The notes: generated by a model from the sequence alone, not told the origin. Shown: positions 20,477 to 31,068, numbered from the stretch's first letter. The stretch is DNA of 42,975 nt from a virus (IMGVR_UViG_2563366932_000014); one strand, 5' to 3'. Made by a program: numbers and translations.

Positions 20477-21682
20477 TTACGCCGCTGCAATCTTCAGCAG
20501 TTTGATGGCCTGCGAATCGACCAGCATCCCGCCGGTGCGCTTGGTGGTATAAAAACCGACAAACGGTTTATTGGTGTACGGGTCACGCAGAATGCGGGTG
20601 CCGATACGGTCAACGATGGTGTAACCCCGTTTGAAGTTACCAAATGCAATGGCTTTCGCATCAGCGGCGATATCCGGCATCTGTTCGTTTTCAGCGATAC
20701 CGTAACCCGCCAGAGAGGACGGCTGCCCCAGTTCCAGCTCCGGACGCCACAGATAGTTACCCTCGCTGTCTTTAAGCAGACGGATGGCAAACAGGCTGTT
20801 GTTGTTCATCATGAACTTCGCGCCAGTGCGGTGTGCCTTACGCAGCGTGTAAATCAGTTTGATAATGGCGTCTGCGGTCACCGCCGTCGCTTCGCCGGAT
20901 ACAATATGCTGAAGTTTGCCGAACGCCCGGACCTTATCGGTTTCATCAGTGGATTCATACGCCAGGAACCCTTTCGGCTTCTTGGTACCATCGCCGGTGG
21001 TAAAGGCAATTTCTTCCTGTTCGGCAAATTCGGTTGCCAGCTCGCTGTTGATCCATGCTTCCACGTTGAAAAAGGCATCATCCAGCATTTTCTGGGTGGC
21101 CTGCGGGTTACCGTAGATTTCCCCCATGAAAGGTTCAATCAGGCCCAGTTTTGAGGTGGCAGTCTGGGAGCGCGCGTCAGTCTCGCCAACCCATCCGGAA
21201 GCCGTGCCGCCCAGATTCACCAGTTTTTTGTAGTCGGAACCACCAACGGTGATCACCGTGGCTTCCTGGCGCATCACCACTTCATCTTTCAGCAGGGTGA
21301 GAATGTTGCGATCCAGTGCTTCCGGCACGGCATAGCCGCCGTCTTCATCGGTGCCCACCTGCAATGCCTTGCGCTCCAGATCGCGCAGACCATCTTCACG
21401 GCCTTTACGCAGGAAGCCCACAAACGCTTCTTTATGCTCGGTGGCCAGTTTATTTTGCGCACCACCTGCCGGACGTTTCAGCTCAAGCAGCTCTTTTTCA
21501 AGATCGCTTTTGAGGTTTTCCAGCTCGCTGAGTTTCCCGTTCAGGGTTTCCACCTGCCCGGCAAGTTTGCCTTTTTCCTGCTCAATCGCATCCACGCGCT
21601 TGTCGTTCTTTGCTTTGAAGTCGTCAAACTTCTGCTGCAGCTCCTGCGCGACCTGTTCGACATCTTTAATATCAACCGCCAT
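20477..21682 (-). CDS. major capsid protein (HK97 fold)
   Basis: 401-aa ORF with N-terminal coiled-coil delta-like region and capsid-like body, after the protease gene. Confidence 0.85.
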   Translation of the reverse strand: MAVDIKDVEQVAQELQQKFDDFKAKNDKRVDAIEQEKGKLAGQVETLNGKLSELENLKSDLEKELLELKRPAGGAQNKLATEHKEAFVGFLRKGREDGLRDLERKALQVGTDEDGGYAVPEALDRNILTLLKDEVVMRQEATVITVGGSDYKKLVNLGGTASGWVGETDARSQTATSKLGLIEPFMGEIYGNPQATQKMLDDAFFNVEAWINSELATEFAEQEEIAFTTGDGTKKPKGFLAYESTDETDKVRAFGKLQHIVSGEATAVTADAIIKLIYTLRKAHRTGAKFMMNNNSLFAIRLLKDSEGNYLWRPELELGQPSSLAGYGIAENEQMPDIAADAKAIAFGNFKRGYTIVDRIGTRILRDPYTNKPFVGFYTTKRTGGMLVDSQAIKLLKIAAA

Positions 21683-21696
21683 CGTATTTCTCCTGA

Positions 21697-22383
21697 TTAG
21701 AAGTTCAGATTTTTCAGTGCATTCAGTGCAGAGCCCACATCCTCAGCGTCGCGCAGGGACAGTGCGCCATAGCCCCCGGCCATGAATGCTTTGGCCTGGG
21801 TACGGGAGAGTCCGACATCACGCAGGACTCTTTCGATTTTTTTCTGTTCGGGGATTTCCCCGCGGGCCAGTGCGTTCTTGACGTCGCTGATCCGCGCCTC
21901 GTCGTTAGACGGGAACGTCACCAGGCTGACTTCCCAGAGGTCGATTTCTTTCAGCAGAAAGGCTTCTTTGCTCCGGTCGTATTCCCAGTCTTTCAGGACG
22001 TACCCAATAGAAAGGCCGGTTAACGAACCGGCCTTCATGTGTGCATGTGCGCGTTTTGCGAGGGGATCATCATCAATAAGCAACCGTCCCCTGACGTAAA
22101 GCCCGACATCGTCTTCCTTCATTTCGGTGTAAACACCGATGGGTTCATCCATGCGGTGCTGCCAGAGCAGCGCAGGTAACGCTTTTCTGTCACTCCACGC
22201 CCGCAGGGAAGCAGCAAATGCCCCGGACATCACCACATCATCGTGGCTGTCCTTTACACCAAAGACGGAGCCATACCCTTCAAACTCACCGGAGTCACTG
22301 ACAGATTTCAGACTCAGCGGTACATCAAGACGTTGTTTCGTCTGCATTGGCGTTATCCTTCTGCTTACCGGCTTTACTGCCAT
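21697..22383 (-). CDS. prohead maturation protease (HK97 family)
   Basis: 228-aa ORF between portal and capsid. Confidence 0.8.
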   Translation of the reverse strand: MAVKPVSRRITPMQTKQRLDVPLSLKSVSDSGEFEGYGSVFGVKDSHDDVVMSGAFAASLRAWSDRKALPALLWQHRMDEPIGVYTEMKEDDVGLYVRGRLLIDDDPLAKRAHAHMKAGSLTGLSIGYVLKDWEYDRSKEAFLLKEIDLWEVSLVTFPSNDEARISDVKNALARGEIPEQKKIERVLRDVGLSRTQAKAFMAGGYGALSLRDAEDVGSALNALKNLNF

Positions 22384-23566
22384 CGGAGGGTTTCGTGGTC
22401 ATGTTCATCGGTGTGAGATAGACATCCCCACCGGGACGGGGATTCATATCTTCCAGGTCGCGGCAGTCATTGGGAGAGTAAATTCCCCAGTTAATCCCGG
22501 TGGCGTAGGCTTCAAAACGGGACTTCATATCCCCGCGCAGTAACGCCCCGGCGTTAAATTTGGCGTAATAAACGCCCTGCTTACTTTTTCGAACCAGTCC
22601 GGTGTTGATCCGCTGCTCGATGCGGGTCAGATACGGCACCAGTGAATAGTTGATAAATCCCAGCCCCAGCTCTTCAATATTGTTGAAGGTGGCGCGATCG
22701 GTGTTCTGCACCATGTGCAACGGCACCCGGAACAGACGACAGATTTCTTCAAGCTGAAACTTGCGGGTTTCCAGGAACTGGCTGTCCTCGGCGTTCAGCG
22801 CCATCGACTTCCAGTCCAGCCCCATCTCAAGGATCATCGGGCGGTGAGCATTACCAAGCCCGGTGTGACGCTCCTCAAAATCTTTCTTCAGGCGCTCGTA
22901 AGCCTGATCTGACAGCGTCTGCTCTGTACGCAACACACCCGACGTCACCGCACCATTGCTGAACAGTCTGGCCCCGTGCTCTTCGGTCGCAGCTGCCAGC
23001 GATATTGCCTCGCGGGCATAGGCGATGGGATTCAGCCCCACCAGACCGTCCAGCGTCAGCGTGCGCACATGCCAGATATCTTCCTGGCTCAGCACATCCG
23101 TGGAGCCGTCCGAGAATGTGACCTGATAGACCGGCTCCCAGCTACTGTTAAGCTTCGGTACCACACAGCCAGGATCGACGGGCAGCAGTTCAGCCACTTC
23201 GCCAAATGCTTTCACTTTGTAGGCGTAAAAGTTTCCCCGCAGGCACAGACAGGTGACCACCAGCTCCCAGAACTCCTGCGGCGTCATATAGCCATTGGGA
23301 TGCGTGGAGATCAGCTTATGCAGACGTTCGCCGGTGGCCCTCTGTTTCAGGCTGCCGTTCAGGTGATACAGATTGCAGGGCAACATCCCGACCGACTCTG
23401 CCAGCACCCTGACGCAGGAAAAAACCGCCGTCAGTCGCATGGCCCGCTGGCTGCTGATCTGCTTTCCGGTATAGGTGTCGTATGACAGCCCGATAGCCTC
23501 CGCCAGCTCTGCTGGCGTGGTCACCGGCGCGTCACTTTTTCGTTGAAATAATCCCGAAAAGAACAC
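22325..23566 (-). CDS. portal protein (HK97 family)
   Basis: 413-aa ORF after terminase. Confidence 0.85.
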   Translation of the reverse strand: MFFSGLFQRKSDAPVTTPAELAEAIGLSYDTYTGKQISSQRAMRLTAVFSCVRVLAESVGMLPCNLYHLNGSLKQRATGERLHKLISTHPNGYMTPQEFWELVVTCLCLRGNFYAYKVKAFGEVAELLPVDPGCVVPKLNSSWEPVYQVTFSDGSTDVLSQEDIWHVRTLTLDGLVGLNPIAYAREAISLAAATEEHGARLFSNGAVTSGVLRTEQTLSDQAYERLKKDFEERHTGLGNAHRPMILEMGLDWKSMALNAEDSQFLETRKFQLEEICRLFRVPLHMVQNTDRATFNNIEELGLGFINYSLVPYLTRIEQRINTGLVRKSKQGVYYAKFNAGALLRGDMKSRFEAYATGINWGIYSPNDCRDLEDMNPRPGGDVYLTPMNMTTKPSDGSKAGKQKDNANADETTS

Positions 23567-23748
23567 TATTTACCTCCGCCGACAGACAGCTGTGTACGAT
23601 CGAGATATCGCGCCACCAGCCACGACCAGAACAGGCACAGCGCCCCGGCAACAACAAAACCCGCCGGGGGATAAATCAGCCAGGCACCATATGCCAGCAA
23701 AAGCGCACCCAGCACGCCCACCAGAGGCGCGAGAATCAGCATGATCAT
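23566..23748 (-). CDS. small hydrophobic protein (60 aa)
   Basis: two predicted TM segments; lies between terminase large subunit and portal. Confidence 0.4.
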   Translation of the reverse strand: MIMLILAPLVGVLGALLLAYGAWLIYPPAGFVVAGALCLFWSWLVARYLDRTQLSVGGGK

Positions 23749-23759
23749 AATTACCTCAG

Positions 23760-25493
23760 TTAAAGCGAGCGGATCCCGTAGGACTCAATGTGGTCAGACA
23801 GCGTGTCTTCTTTCTCGTACAACATGGCTCTGCCAACCGCCATAATCAGCGCAACTGCACCATCGATTTTGTTTTCCGCCTGCTCTTTGACGGGTTTCAC
23901 CACATCATCGTTACCCGGAATGGTTTTGCCGACCACGTTGCCGATACACCAGGTCATGATGGGATTGCCATCATGATGAAAGCGCCCCGATTCAATTGCC
24001 GCTTCCAGCTCTTTCATCGGGTCGGACATGTTGGTGTAGTTCTGAATGATAGTGATGGGGTTCAGGTCTTCATCAGCAAGGTCATGTGACAACCCGGTCG
24101 CCCCGAAGGGGTCGATGGGTGACTCACTGACCGGGCTGATTTTGTTCGCCGCTTTGGCCTCCTCGAGGATGTAGCGATAATCCACCTCCGCACCATCGGT
24201 AACGGTCAGAACGCCCATTTCCACCCATTTCTGAAAGCGTTCGGCTGTCCGTCGATCTTCATTTTTCTCGACGCTGTACACCGTGTCATACGGTACCCAG
24301 AAACGCGGGGCCACACTGTAGTAATGCGTTTTACCGTCAATCTCGCGGGTATAAAGTCGCGCCATGCTGTTCATATCCAGCTTACGCGCCAGGTCAAAGG
24401 CCAGAATGCACGGCTGCCCCTCGAACTGCTCAAGGGTCAGTGATTTATCCTCGCAGCTCTGCCAGCTCACCAGGTTGAAATACGCCGAACGCGCCGACAC
24501 CCAGATATTGAGGTGTTTTGTTTTAAAGACGTTTGCCAGACGGGCGTTATTTTTCGCACGCTGCTGCTGACTTAACAAAAATTCGCGATAAACCGACACG
24601 CCAATATTTGGATTGGCTTTTTCCAGCACCTGCGGGTCGGTCCAGTCGTCACCTTCATCAACGGTATAGATGATCCCGAACAGTTCATCGTTAGGCACCG
24701 AGCCATTGAGCATCTCGATGACTTCCCGCCGCTTGTCGTAGCACGGCCCCTCAATGTTGTACCCGGCGGTGGTGATAGCCCACATCAGTGGCTGACGTCG
24801 CGCCCCCATCCCGGTAAGCATCGTGGTGTAAAGCGCATCGGTGGCGTGCTCGTGATATTCATCCACCACCGCACAGTGGGGTGATGAACCATCACCGGGG
24901 TTACCGATCAGCGGTTCAAACCGCGCGCCATCCTCCGGACGGTTCATGTTTGAGGCGTTAACCTCAATCCCGAACGCTTCCGTCAGCATGGGTGTGCGTT
25001 TACACATCAGTCGAGCCGGGCGAAAGACTTCCCACGCCTGTTTCTCTGTCGTGGCACCGGAATACACTTCCGCGCCAAACTCGTTATCACAGGCAAAACA
25101 ATACAGGGCAACACCGGCAGAGATTGCCGATTTGCCGTTCTTACGGGGGATTTCGGTATACACCTCCCGGAAGCGGCGCAGCCGGGAGCCTTTATTGACC
25201 CAGCCAAACGCGCAGCAGATCACAAAGAGCTGCCACGGCTCCAGCGTGATGGGCATCCTCTTAAATGCCCACTCACCCTTGGTGTGCGGCAACAGCTGAA
25301 TAAATTTGGCGGCCCGTTCAGCCAGGTCCTTGTCGAAGCGGTAACGAAACGACTTACTTTTTTCCGCCATCAGGTCATCAAGATGGCGCTGGCAGGCCTG
25401 AATCACAAACTGGCAGGCCACAATCTTTCCGCGCACGACATCCCGGGCATACTGATTGGCAGCATTTACGTTGGGGTAAGATTTCCGGCTCAT
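23760..25493 (-). CDS. terminase large subunit
   Basis: 577-aa ORF with ATPase and nuclease-like regions. Confidence 0.9.
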   Translation of the reverse strand: MSRKSYPNVNAANQYARDVVRGKIVACQFVIQACQRHLDDLMAEKSKSFRYRFDKDLAERAAKFIQLLPHTKGEWAFKRMPITLEPWQLFVICCAFGWVNKGSRLRRFREVYTEIPRKNGKSAISAGVALYCFACDNEFGAEVYSGATTEKQAWEVFRPARLMCKRTPMLTEAFGIEVNASNMNRPEDGARFEPLIGNPGDGSSPHCAVVDEYHEHATDALYTTMLTGMGARRQPLMWAITTAGYNIEGPCYDKRREVIEMLNGSVPNDELFGIIYTVDEGDDWTDPQVLEKANPNIGVSVYREFLLSQQQRAKNNARLANVFKTKHLNIWVSARSAYFNLVSWQSCEDKSLTLEQFEGQPCILAFDLARKLDMNSMARLYTREIDGKTHYYSVAPRFWVPYDTVYSVEKNEDRRTAERFQKWVEMGVLTVTDGAEVDYRYILEEAKAANKISPVSESPIDPFGATGLSHDLADEDLNPITIIQNYTNMSDPMKELEAAIESGRFHHDGNPIMTWCIGNVVGKTIPGNDDVVKPVKEQAENKIDGAVALIMAVGRAMLYEKEDTLSDHIESYGIRSL

Positions 25494-25993
25494 GATTCGA
25501 TGATTTTCAGAAACGGGTTAGTGGCTTTCTTCTGCCCCGCCAGGCCAATCAGACGCTGACGGCTGCTGGGGTCGAGTCCGAGCATTGCCCCCGTGCTGCT
25601 CATCTCGGACTCCTGTTCTTTTTTGGCTGTCAGCTCCGGATTTTTGACCCTGCCGCCCATTGCGCCGGTGATGGTATTGCCCTGTATGGCAATATTTTTC
25701 ACAGCACGTCGCCAGAACTCATAGGCCACGCACCACCGCTCAAGCACCGCGAGGTCAGTCACGCACAGCAGGCCCTGACCGCAGAGTTCTTTGGTTGTCA
25801 GTTGCCACATGATCGTGGCGAGAGGGAGATCTTCTTCAGCGAACCACTCCGGTGGCTCAACACCTTTGATGGGCGTAAAAACAGGTTCATCTTTGTTCAG
25901 GGCTCGCTTGCCGGGGTTTCCGGCCAGCGCCTTGCGCGCCGTTGGCTTGGGGCGACGCCCGGAACGCCCCGCCGTTCCAGCCATATGCGGCAC
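25490..25993 (-). CDS. terminase small subunit (P27-like)
   Basis: 167-aa ORF overlapping the large-subunit start. Confidence 0.7.
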   Translation of the reverse strand: MPHMAGTAGRSGRRPKPTARKALAGNPGKRALNKDEPVFTPIKGVEPPEWFAEEDLPLATIMWQLTTKELCGQGLLCVTDLAVLERWCVAYEFWRRAVKNIAIQGNTITGAMGGRVKNPELTAKKEQESEMSSTGAMLGLDPSSRQRLIGLAGQKKATNPFLKIIES

Positions 25994-26109
25994 TCCTGGT
26001 TAAATTTCATTTTTCGCGGGTATAAAAAAACGATGGGGCGGGCAGTCCGGAAGACGTCAGGTCACAGGGATTTGACCCGCCCCTCCCCTCAGAAAGTTGA
26101 GAATTATTA

Positions 26110-26460
26110 TCACTTCAGTCGTTCACGGGCCGTCTTCGCCTTATGACACGGCCAGCACAGGCTCTGCAGATTGCAGTCTGCATCAGTGCCGCCATGCGCT
26201 TTAGGGATGATGTGGTCAACGGTTTTCGCCTCACGCACCACACCGACATGCAGGCACAACTGACACAGGCCTTTGTCACGCTTCAGCACGCGCGCGCGGA
26301 TAACATCCCACTTCGAACCGTAGCCGCGCTGGTGACGGGATTGTCCTGGCTTGTATTGTTTCCAGCCTTCGCTTTTGTGGCTTTCACAATAGCCTGACGG
26401 ATCAGTGGTGGTTTGGCGGCAGCCGCGAACGCGGCAGGCTTTTGGGGTTCGTGGGGGCAT
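26110..26460 (-). CDS. HNH endonuclease (packaging-associated)
   Basis: Cys pairs plus ..DHIIPKAHGGTD..N..LC..CH.. HNH motif, upstream of terminase. Confidence 0.8.
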   Translation of the reverse strand: MPPRTPKACRVRGCRQTTTDPSGYCESHKSEGWKQYKPGQSRHQRGYGSKWDVIRARVLKRDKGLCQLCLHVGVVREAKTVDHIIPKAHGGTDADCNLQSLCWPCHKAKTARERLK

Positions 26461-26562
26461 TTAAAGTGGGATCTAACTCTAATAATTTAAAAAATTTAAT
26501 TGGGTCTTGATATTAATCACATAGACTCAATGCTCTTTAGTTCTTACATAGGTGGTTGTATT

Positions 26563-27003
26563 ATGAGTATCCCCAGTTTAGATGTTCATAAAGTTGTTAA
26601 GTGCGCAGAGCATAAAAAGGCTTTAGATGCAATATCTCTCAAACTTAAGAATAACATTATTGACTCAAGCTCTGAATACGATTTTCTTGGCGACACAATA
26701 ATTTTCAATAAAGATAAAAAAAATAGGTTAACCCTCAAACTTTCAACATATGAACTAGAACTTATTTTCAAAGAAACACTGCTAGTCATTGATGAAGCTC
26801 CTGTATTGAAGTTTGCTGCCATTGACCCAACCGATGAAAATAACAACGAGCTGATTGATTTATTTTTATCCAAAGGTGGATTTATTTATATTAGAGAATA
26901 CAAATCCGAGCCACATTATGAGTATGGCGACACTTCTCTATTTTTACATATACTTGACGCTACTCTTAAAGAGCTTAAATCTGCAAACAAAATATCCTAT
27001 TAA
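26563..27003 (+). CDS. hypothetical protein, AT-rich insertion transcribed against the late operon
   Basis: ORF with AGGTGG RBS before the ATG at 26563 (listed ORF starts at 26500); very AT-rich by inspection; no recognisable family. Confidence 0.5.
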   Translation: MSIPSLDVHKVVKCAEHKKALDAISLKLKNNIIDSSSEYDFLGDTIIFNKDKKNRLTLKLSTYELELIFKETLLVIDEAPVLKFAAIDPTDENNNELIDLFLSKGGFIYIREYKSEPHYEYGDTSLFLHILDATLKELKSANKISY

Positions 27004-27109
27004 ATAAATTTTTGCTAACATAGCCCCGCGCCATGACAAGATTTTCTGTTCTAGATGCAAGGGCTATGTGTGAATATCTATAAACAAAAACCCCATCCGG
27101 TGATTTTTG

Positions 27110-27361
27110 TCATTTTTTAGCCATCTCAATTGCGGCATCAAAAAGTCGTTCAAGAATAAAATCAGGGTACTGTAATTTTTCTTGCTCGATATGAAGCTCA
27201 TAAATTTTCCCTTCCCACTCCCATTTAAAATTAAATCCAGAAGCAGAAGGTGCGAAATGTGTTTTAGCTTTAGGGTTAGCGTAACCAGCAACAGTCAACA
27301 CATCAAACTTAAAATCTTGAGGTTTAATACGCATAATCATATCCTTTGCCAAGTTCATCAT
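27110..27361 (-). CDS. hypothetical protein (83 aa)
   Basis: AT-rich ORF between the lysis cassette and packaging genes. Confidence 0.4.
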   Translation of the reverse strand: MMNLAKDMIMRIKPQDFKFDVLTVAGYANPKAKTHFAPSASGFNFKWEWEGKIYELHIEQEKLQYPDFILERLFDAAIEMAKK

Positions 27362-27431
27362 TATTCTTCGCGATTATAAAACAATGAATAAAATCATTAA
27401 AGCATAGACGTTAAATATCCTCAAAATGTGA

Positions 27432-27869
27432 TTAGTTGGGACATTGCGTCCTGATATACTCCTGCAAGTAATTGACCTGTGAGGTTATCTTGTCGATTCC
27501 ACTTCGGAGACGGTAATAATGGAGTTCAGCATCTGCTGTAAGTCTAGGGCTTTCTCCATCGCCCATGCCGCTGGCTCCGGTCGTTGACTTTGTACAGGTG
27601 GCGGCGACTTGCAGGCGCTTATGCCCAGCAGAAACATCAGCACGAAGACTTTCGATAGTCGCATTAGCATCAGCAAGCTCCTTTGTATATCTGGCATCGA
27701 GTTCAGCTACATTACGTTGACGCTTCTGCATATCAGCGATGATGGATGTGGCTTTATCGCGCTGTACTTTGTAGACGATGGCGTCATCACGGTAATTATC
27801 AACAGCCCATGACAAGCAGACGATGATGCAGATAACCAGAGCGGATATAATCACCGTTACTCTGCTCAT
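27432..27869 (-). CDS. Rz: i-spanin Rz
   Basis: [22 protein letters not shown].. and overall translation closely match lambda Rz (recalled). Confidence 0.85.
   Translation of the reverse strand: MSRVTVIISALVICIIVCLSWAVDNYRDDAIVYKVQRDKATSIIADMQKRQRNVAELDARYTKELADANATIESLRADVSAGHKRLQVAATCTKSTTGASGMGDGESPRLTADAELHYYRLRSGIDKITSQVNYLQEYIRTQCPN
27485..27670 (-). CDS. Rz1: o-spanin Rz1 (embedded in Rz in the +1 frame)
   Basis: embedded ORF with lipobox-like ..LLGISAC and proline-rich segment. Confidence 0.65.
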   Translation of the reverse strand: MLMRLSKVFVLMFLLGISACKSPPPVQSQRPEPAAWAMEKALDLQQMLNSIITVSEVESTR

Positions 27870-28342
27870 ACCTGAATCTCTTTGACCGTTCCGCCGGCTT
27901 CTTTGAATTTTTCAATCAGGCTGTCAGCCTTATGCTCAAACTGACCATAACCAGCTCCCGGCAGTGAAGCCCAGATATTGCTGCAACGGTCGATAGCCTG
28001 ACGAATATCACCGCGATCAATCATCGGTAAAGCACCACGCTCTTTAATCTGCTGCAGTGCAACAGCATCCTGGCTTTTTGGAGAGAAGTCTTTCAGTCCA
28101 AGCTGTTTACGGTATGCATCCCACCAGCGGGAAAGAAGCTGGTAGCGCCCGGCAGCCGTTGATTTGAGTTTTGGGTTTAGCGTGACAAGTCTGCGAGGGT
28201 GATCGGAGTAATCAGTGAATATTTCTCCGCCCACAATGACGTCATAACCATGATTACGTGTCGGTTGTAGCCCATTATCCGTTCCTTCTGACCAGGCCAC
28301 CATATCGAGGAAAGCTTTACGCTGAGGATTAAGATTTTGCAT
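27866..28342 (-). CDS. R: endolysin (lambda R-type lytic transglycosylase)
   Basis: ..[39 protein letters not shown].. near-identical to lambda R (recalled). Confidence 0.9.
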   Translation of the reverse strand: MQNLNPQRKAFLDMVAWSEGTDNGLQPTRNHGYDVIVGGEIFTDYSDHPRRLVTLNPKLKSTAAGRYQLLSRWWDAYRKQLGLKDFSPKSQDAVALQQIKERGALPMIDRGDIRQAIDRCSNIWASLPGAGYGQFEHKADSLIEKFKEAGGTVKEIQV

Positions 28343-28733
28343 TTTTCACCCCTGTCAGTCGTTCCCAGAAGTACGTCAGTGCAACCGAACCCATCGCACC
28401 ACTAATCCCCGCAGTTGCGAGAATCATGTAAATACTGAATCCACTTTCGATACTGATTAGGCCACCAATAACACCGGTGAATCCTGATACAACTATCTGA
28501 GCGAGGGTATTTATCCAGCTCCACGTTGCTTTACTCTGCTTCACATCAATCAGGTAACGGACAAGCCCCCCCCAACCTGCGATGATCAGCAAAACAAGCC
28601 AGAACGCTCCGGCAAGATTCTCTTTTTCGTGCATATGAATAGCCGCAGTTTCGCCTCCGACAGAAAATCGGAGCGTGAAATGATATGTTGATTTATTATT
28701 AATTCGAAAATTACATTCTAATTCATCAGGCAT
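28329..28733 (-). CDS. holin (class I-like, three TM segments)
   Basis: three hydrophobic segments and charged C-terminus, overlapping the endolysin start; true start may be the internal Met (..MHEKENLAG..). Confidence 0.6.
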   Translation of the reverse strand: MPDELECNFRINNKSTYHFTLRFSVGGETAAIHMHEKENLAGAFWLVLLIIAGWGGLVRYLIDVKQSKATWSWINTLAQIVVSGFTGVIGGLISIESGFSIYMILATAGISGAMGSVALTYFWERLTGVKNAKS

Positions 28734-28785
28734 TGATGATTTTATAATAATAAAGGCCGTTCGTTACGGCCTTTATTATTGATAT

Positions 28786-29121
28786 TTATTTTACATCCCA
28801 AGGTAGTTCCTCAAGAGAGAAGACTAATTCATTATCAATAATTTCGTATTCTGCATAACCTTCAACCTCTCCTGAGAAGTTATTGTCAACGCATCCTTCA
28901 TAATAGCTATATGGTGCTATAAAGTGAAACCCATATTCATCTATCTCTGTGATTTCAAAATTGTAGTAATCGTAAGAATATCGAATATCATCATCAGAAA
29001 TAGAACTAAGTACATAGTTATTAAATTTATCGGAATGCTTAACGATAAGTTCTGACAACGCGTCAAGATTCTCTGGAGAGATATTTCCTAACGGTAATCT
29101 GTACTCAACGGCATTAATCAT
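28786..29121 (-). CDS. hypothetical acidic, aromatic-rich small protein (111 aa)
   Basis: AGGAGG RBS; AT-rich; lies between the late terminator and holin. Confidence 0.5.
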   Translation of the reverse strand: MINAVEYRLPLGNISPENLDALSELIVKHSDKFNNYVLSSISDDDIRYSYDYYNFEITEIDEYGFHFIAPYSYYEGCVDNNFSGEVEGYAEYEIIDNELVFSLEELPWDVK

Positions 29122-29174
29122 ACAACCTCCTTTTTAACTGATATGAGGTTATATAATGTGTTTCAGTACAAGTA

Positions 29175-29199
29175 AATAAAAACCCGCTCAACAGCGGGT
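29175..29199 (-). terminator. rho-independent terminator downstream of the late promoter (tR'-like)
   Basis: minus strand acccgc tgttga gcgggt followed by TTTTTATTT. Confidence 0.6.
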
Positions 29200-29246
29200 T
29201 CGTGAAAATTATCAACGGCAGACATACAAAGCCCATCGTTGAGAAA

Positions 29247-29275
29247 ATCTTATCCATATTTTTTGAAAAATGCAA
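29247..29275 (-). promoter_or_regulatory. candidate late promoter (pR'-like) downstream of the Q-like gene
   Basis: minus strand TTGCAT - 17 nt - TAAGAT between the Q stop and the terminator; weak -10. Confidence 0.3.
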
Positions 29276-29306
29276 GCTTCATGTCACTATCTTCGGCGAA
29301 AATCAC

Positions 29307-30101
29307 TTATCTCGTCACCTTTCTCAATTGTGTTTCAGCATATGCTTCTTCCTGCCAGCACTTTGTTACTAGTTTATCAATTACGTCTGCATATCCTTTG
29401 TACCACTGATAATCAGTCAGGTCTGGAACCAGCTTCTGGACATGACGTCGTGCCAGTGTAGTCGGTAAACGGCTAAACCGGTTTCCATTGCAACGCCCAC
29501 AAGTCTTATAAACAGGCGTGCCATGAAGCCGGGTTCTTTTTTCATCCAGGACAATACCTTTACCCTTACACCCTCTGCACGCCGTGCTGACTTCTCCCTT
29601 GCCATGACAATGCTGACACAGTTCCTTCACCCACTCTTCTTTGATAACGGATTCCCCGCTTCTGGAATGTTTCACCACTTCGCGCAATACATTATGAAAT
29701 CCAGTACCAGTACAATGCTCACAGCGAGCCTTACTTGCCGCAGACCTGGAATAATCAGCAAAGGCAAAATTCACAAGGTAAGGGATGATCTGTAACCGGG
29801 TTTCTTCACTCAATTTGTTCAATGTCGGGTTATCCAGTGCCATCGCGTAATTGAGCAGGCCTTCAATCGCAAACTGAGGATCCTGAACACCAACTTTTGC
29901 CAGGAATAAGGCAAACCCAAGCGGTGCTTTCGACTGCACCATCCCCTGCGCAGCCATTACATCCGTAATTGTTAAACCACCCGAGCCTGTCGCCGATGCG
30001 TCATCGCTCAATTTTGGAGATTTTGGGGAGTAATATTTCGGTAAGGCTTCAAGGTTCATGCTCGTTCTCCACTTACACCAGTACGCCAATTGCCAGCGCA
30101 C
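29307..30101 (-). CDS. putative late antiterminator (Q-like) with four CxxCxGxG zinc-finger repeats
   Basis: position directly upstream of late promoter/terminator and lysis genes; CEHCTGTG, CQHCHGKG, CRGCKGKG, CGRCNGNR repeats. Confidence 0.5.
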   Translation of the reverse strand: MRWQLAYWCKWRTSMNLEALPKYYSPKSPKLSDDASATGSGGLTITDVMAAQGMVQSKAPLGFALFLAKVGVQDPQFAIEGLLNYAMALDNPTLNKLSEETRLQIIPYLVNFAFADYSRSAASKARCEHCTGTGFHNVLREVVKHSRSGESVIKEEWVKELCQHCHGKGEVSTACRGCKGKGIVLDEKRTRLHGTPVYKTCGRCNGNRFSRLPTTLARRHVQKLVPDLTDYQWYKGYADVIDKLVTKCWQEEAYAETQLRKVTR

Positions 30102-31068
30102 GATCGATAAAACGAAATATCAGCTCCAGCTGGGAGCCATACATCTCTTCAAATGCCACGGTATCCGCATGCAGCTCGTCGTGATGCTTTCTGCACAAAG
30201 GCAACACAAAAAGGTCATGCGCTTTTGTACCCATTCCACCCTGTCCGTGGCCTATCAGGTGGTGGGGATCATCAGCGGGCTTTCCACAACATGCACACGA
30301 CTGTGTCTTAACCCAGCGCGTGTACTTTTCATTAACCCAGCGGCGACGTTTTGGGCGTAACATAAAAGACTCCGGCGACTCCGGATCCACTTTCAGCGCC
30401 AGCACCTTTTTCGCCTTATCCTGGATGATGCTGGTGGCAGGAACCGAAGGCACAAGGTCACTTTCCCGGGTGACAGACGGCACAACAGGCTTCGGTAATC
30501 TCAGTGCCTTACGGGCTGCACTTTCCGGTAAGGCATCCGCCAGATCATTACGAACCAGCCACCAGCACAGTTCCGGCATTGTCACAACGTGACTGTCATC
30601 AAAACCGAGATCCCGACGCACAACAGACAACACCCAGCGGGCACAGTTATCCGTTGCCATTGATTCCAGCCGTTCCGTGAACTGATCGCGAAGCAGGTTA
30701 TCGCAGTGCCAGCACAGACGGATTGCGCCCGGCGCGTGTCGCATTGTGGTCATGTTCTCGCTGTGCCATCCGGAATGAGGCCACTGACAGCCCTTTTCAC
30801 GAAGTAACCAGCTTTCAAGACATTCCACACCCCCCGCACGACGAATAACTGCCTCATTGCGGAACACGGCCCGAATGGCAGGATCATCCGCCAGCGGTTG
30901 TGATGCCGCCGGAACGGCACCACTGGCAAAAGATGAATAACGTTCCGGCTCAGGCTCCAGCAGGACACGCCCCTGCATAAACAGGGGCATCAGCTCTGAA
31001 CCGGGCCTGAACAATACGATCCCCATACGCGGGGCAATTTCAGGGGTCAGTAGTGCTCTCACGGTCAC
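30073..31068 (-). CDS. DUF968-like prophage protein with C-terminal HNH-like Cys/His motif
   Basis: 331-aa ORF; ..CACCGKPADDPHHLIGHG..CRKHHDELH.. Confidence 0.55.
   Translation of the reverse strand: MTVRALLTPEIAPRMGIVLFRPGSELMPLFMQGRVLLEPEPERYSSFASGAVPAASQPLADDPAIRAVFRNEAVIRRAGGVECLESWLLREKGCQWPHSGWHSENMTTMRHAPGAIRLCWHCDNLLRDQFTERLESMATDNCARWVLSVVRRDLGFDDSHVVTMPELCWWLVRNDLADALPESAARKALRLPKPVVPSVTRESDLVPSVPATSIIQDKAKKVLALKVDPESPESFMLRPKRRRWVNEKYTRWVKTQSCACCGKPADDPHHLIGHGQGGMGTKAHDLFVLPLCRKHHDELHADTVAFEEMYGSQLELIFRFIDRALAIGVLV

Noticed and set aside
8701-21785. Numerous 60-200-aa plus-strand ORFs antisense to the tail and head genes (for example 12957-13454, 17070-17486, 18480-19070, 21351-21785)
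   Set aside because: They lie wholly inside longer, family-assignable minus-strand genes in GC-rich DNA and have Arg/Pro/Ser-rich low-complexity translations typical of shadow ORFs.
26500-26562. Upstream ATG at 26500 as start of the plus-strand AT-rich gene
   Set aside because: The ATG at 26563 has a well-spaced AGGTGG RBS, and the extension is hydrophobic and Ser-rich without support.
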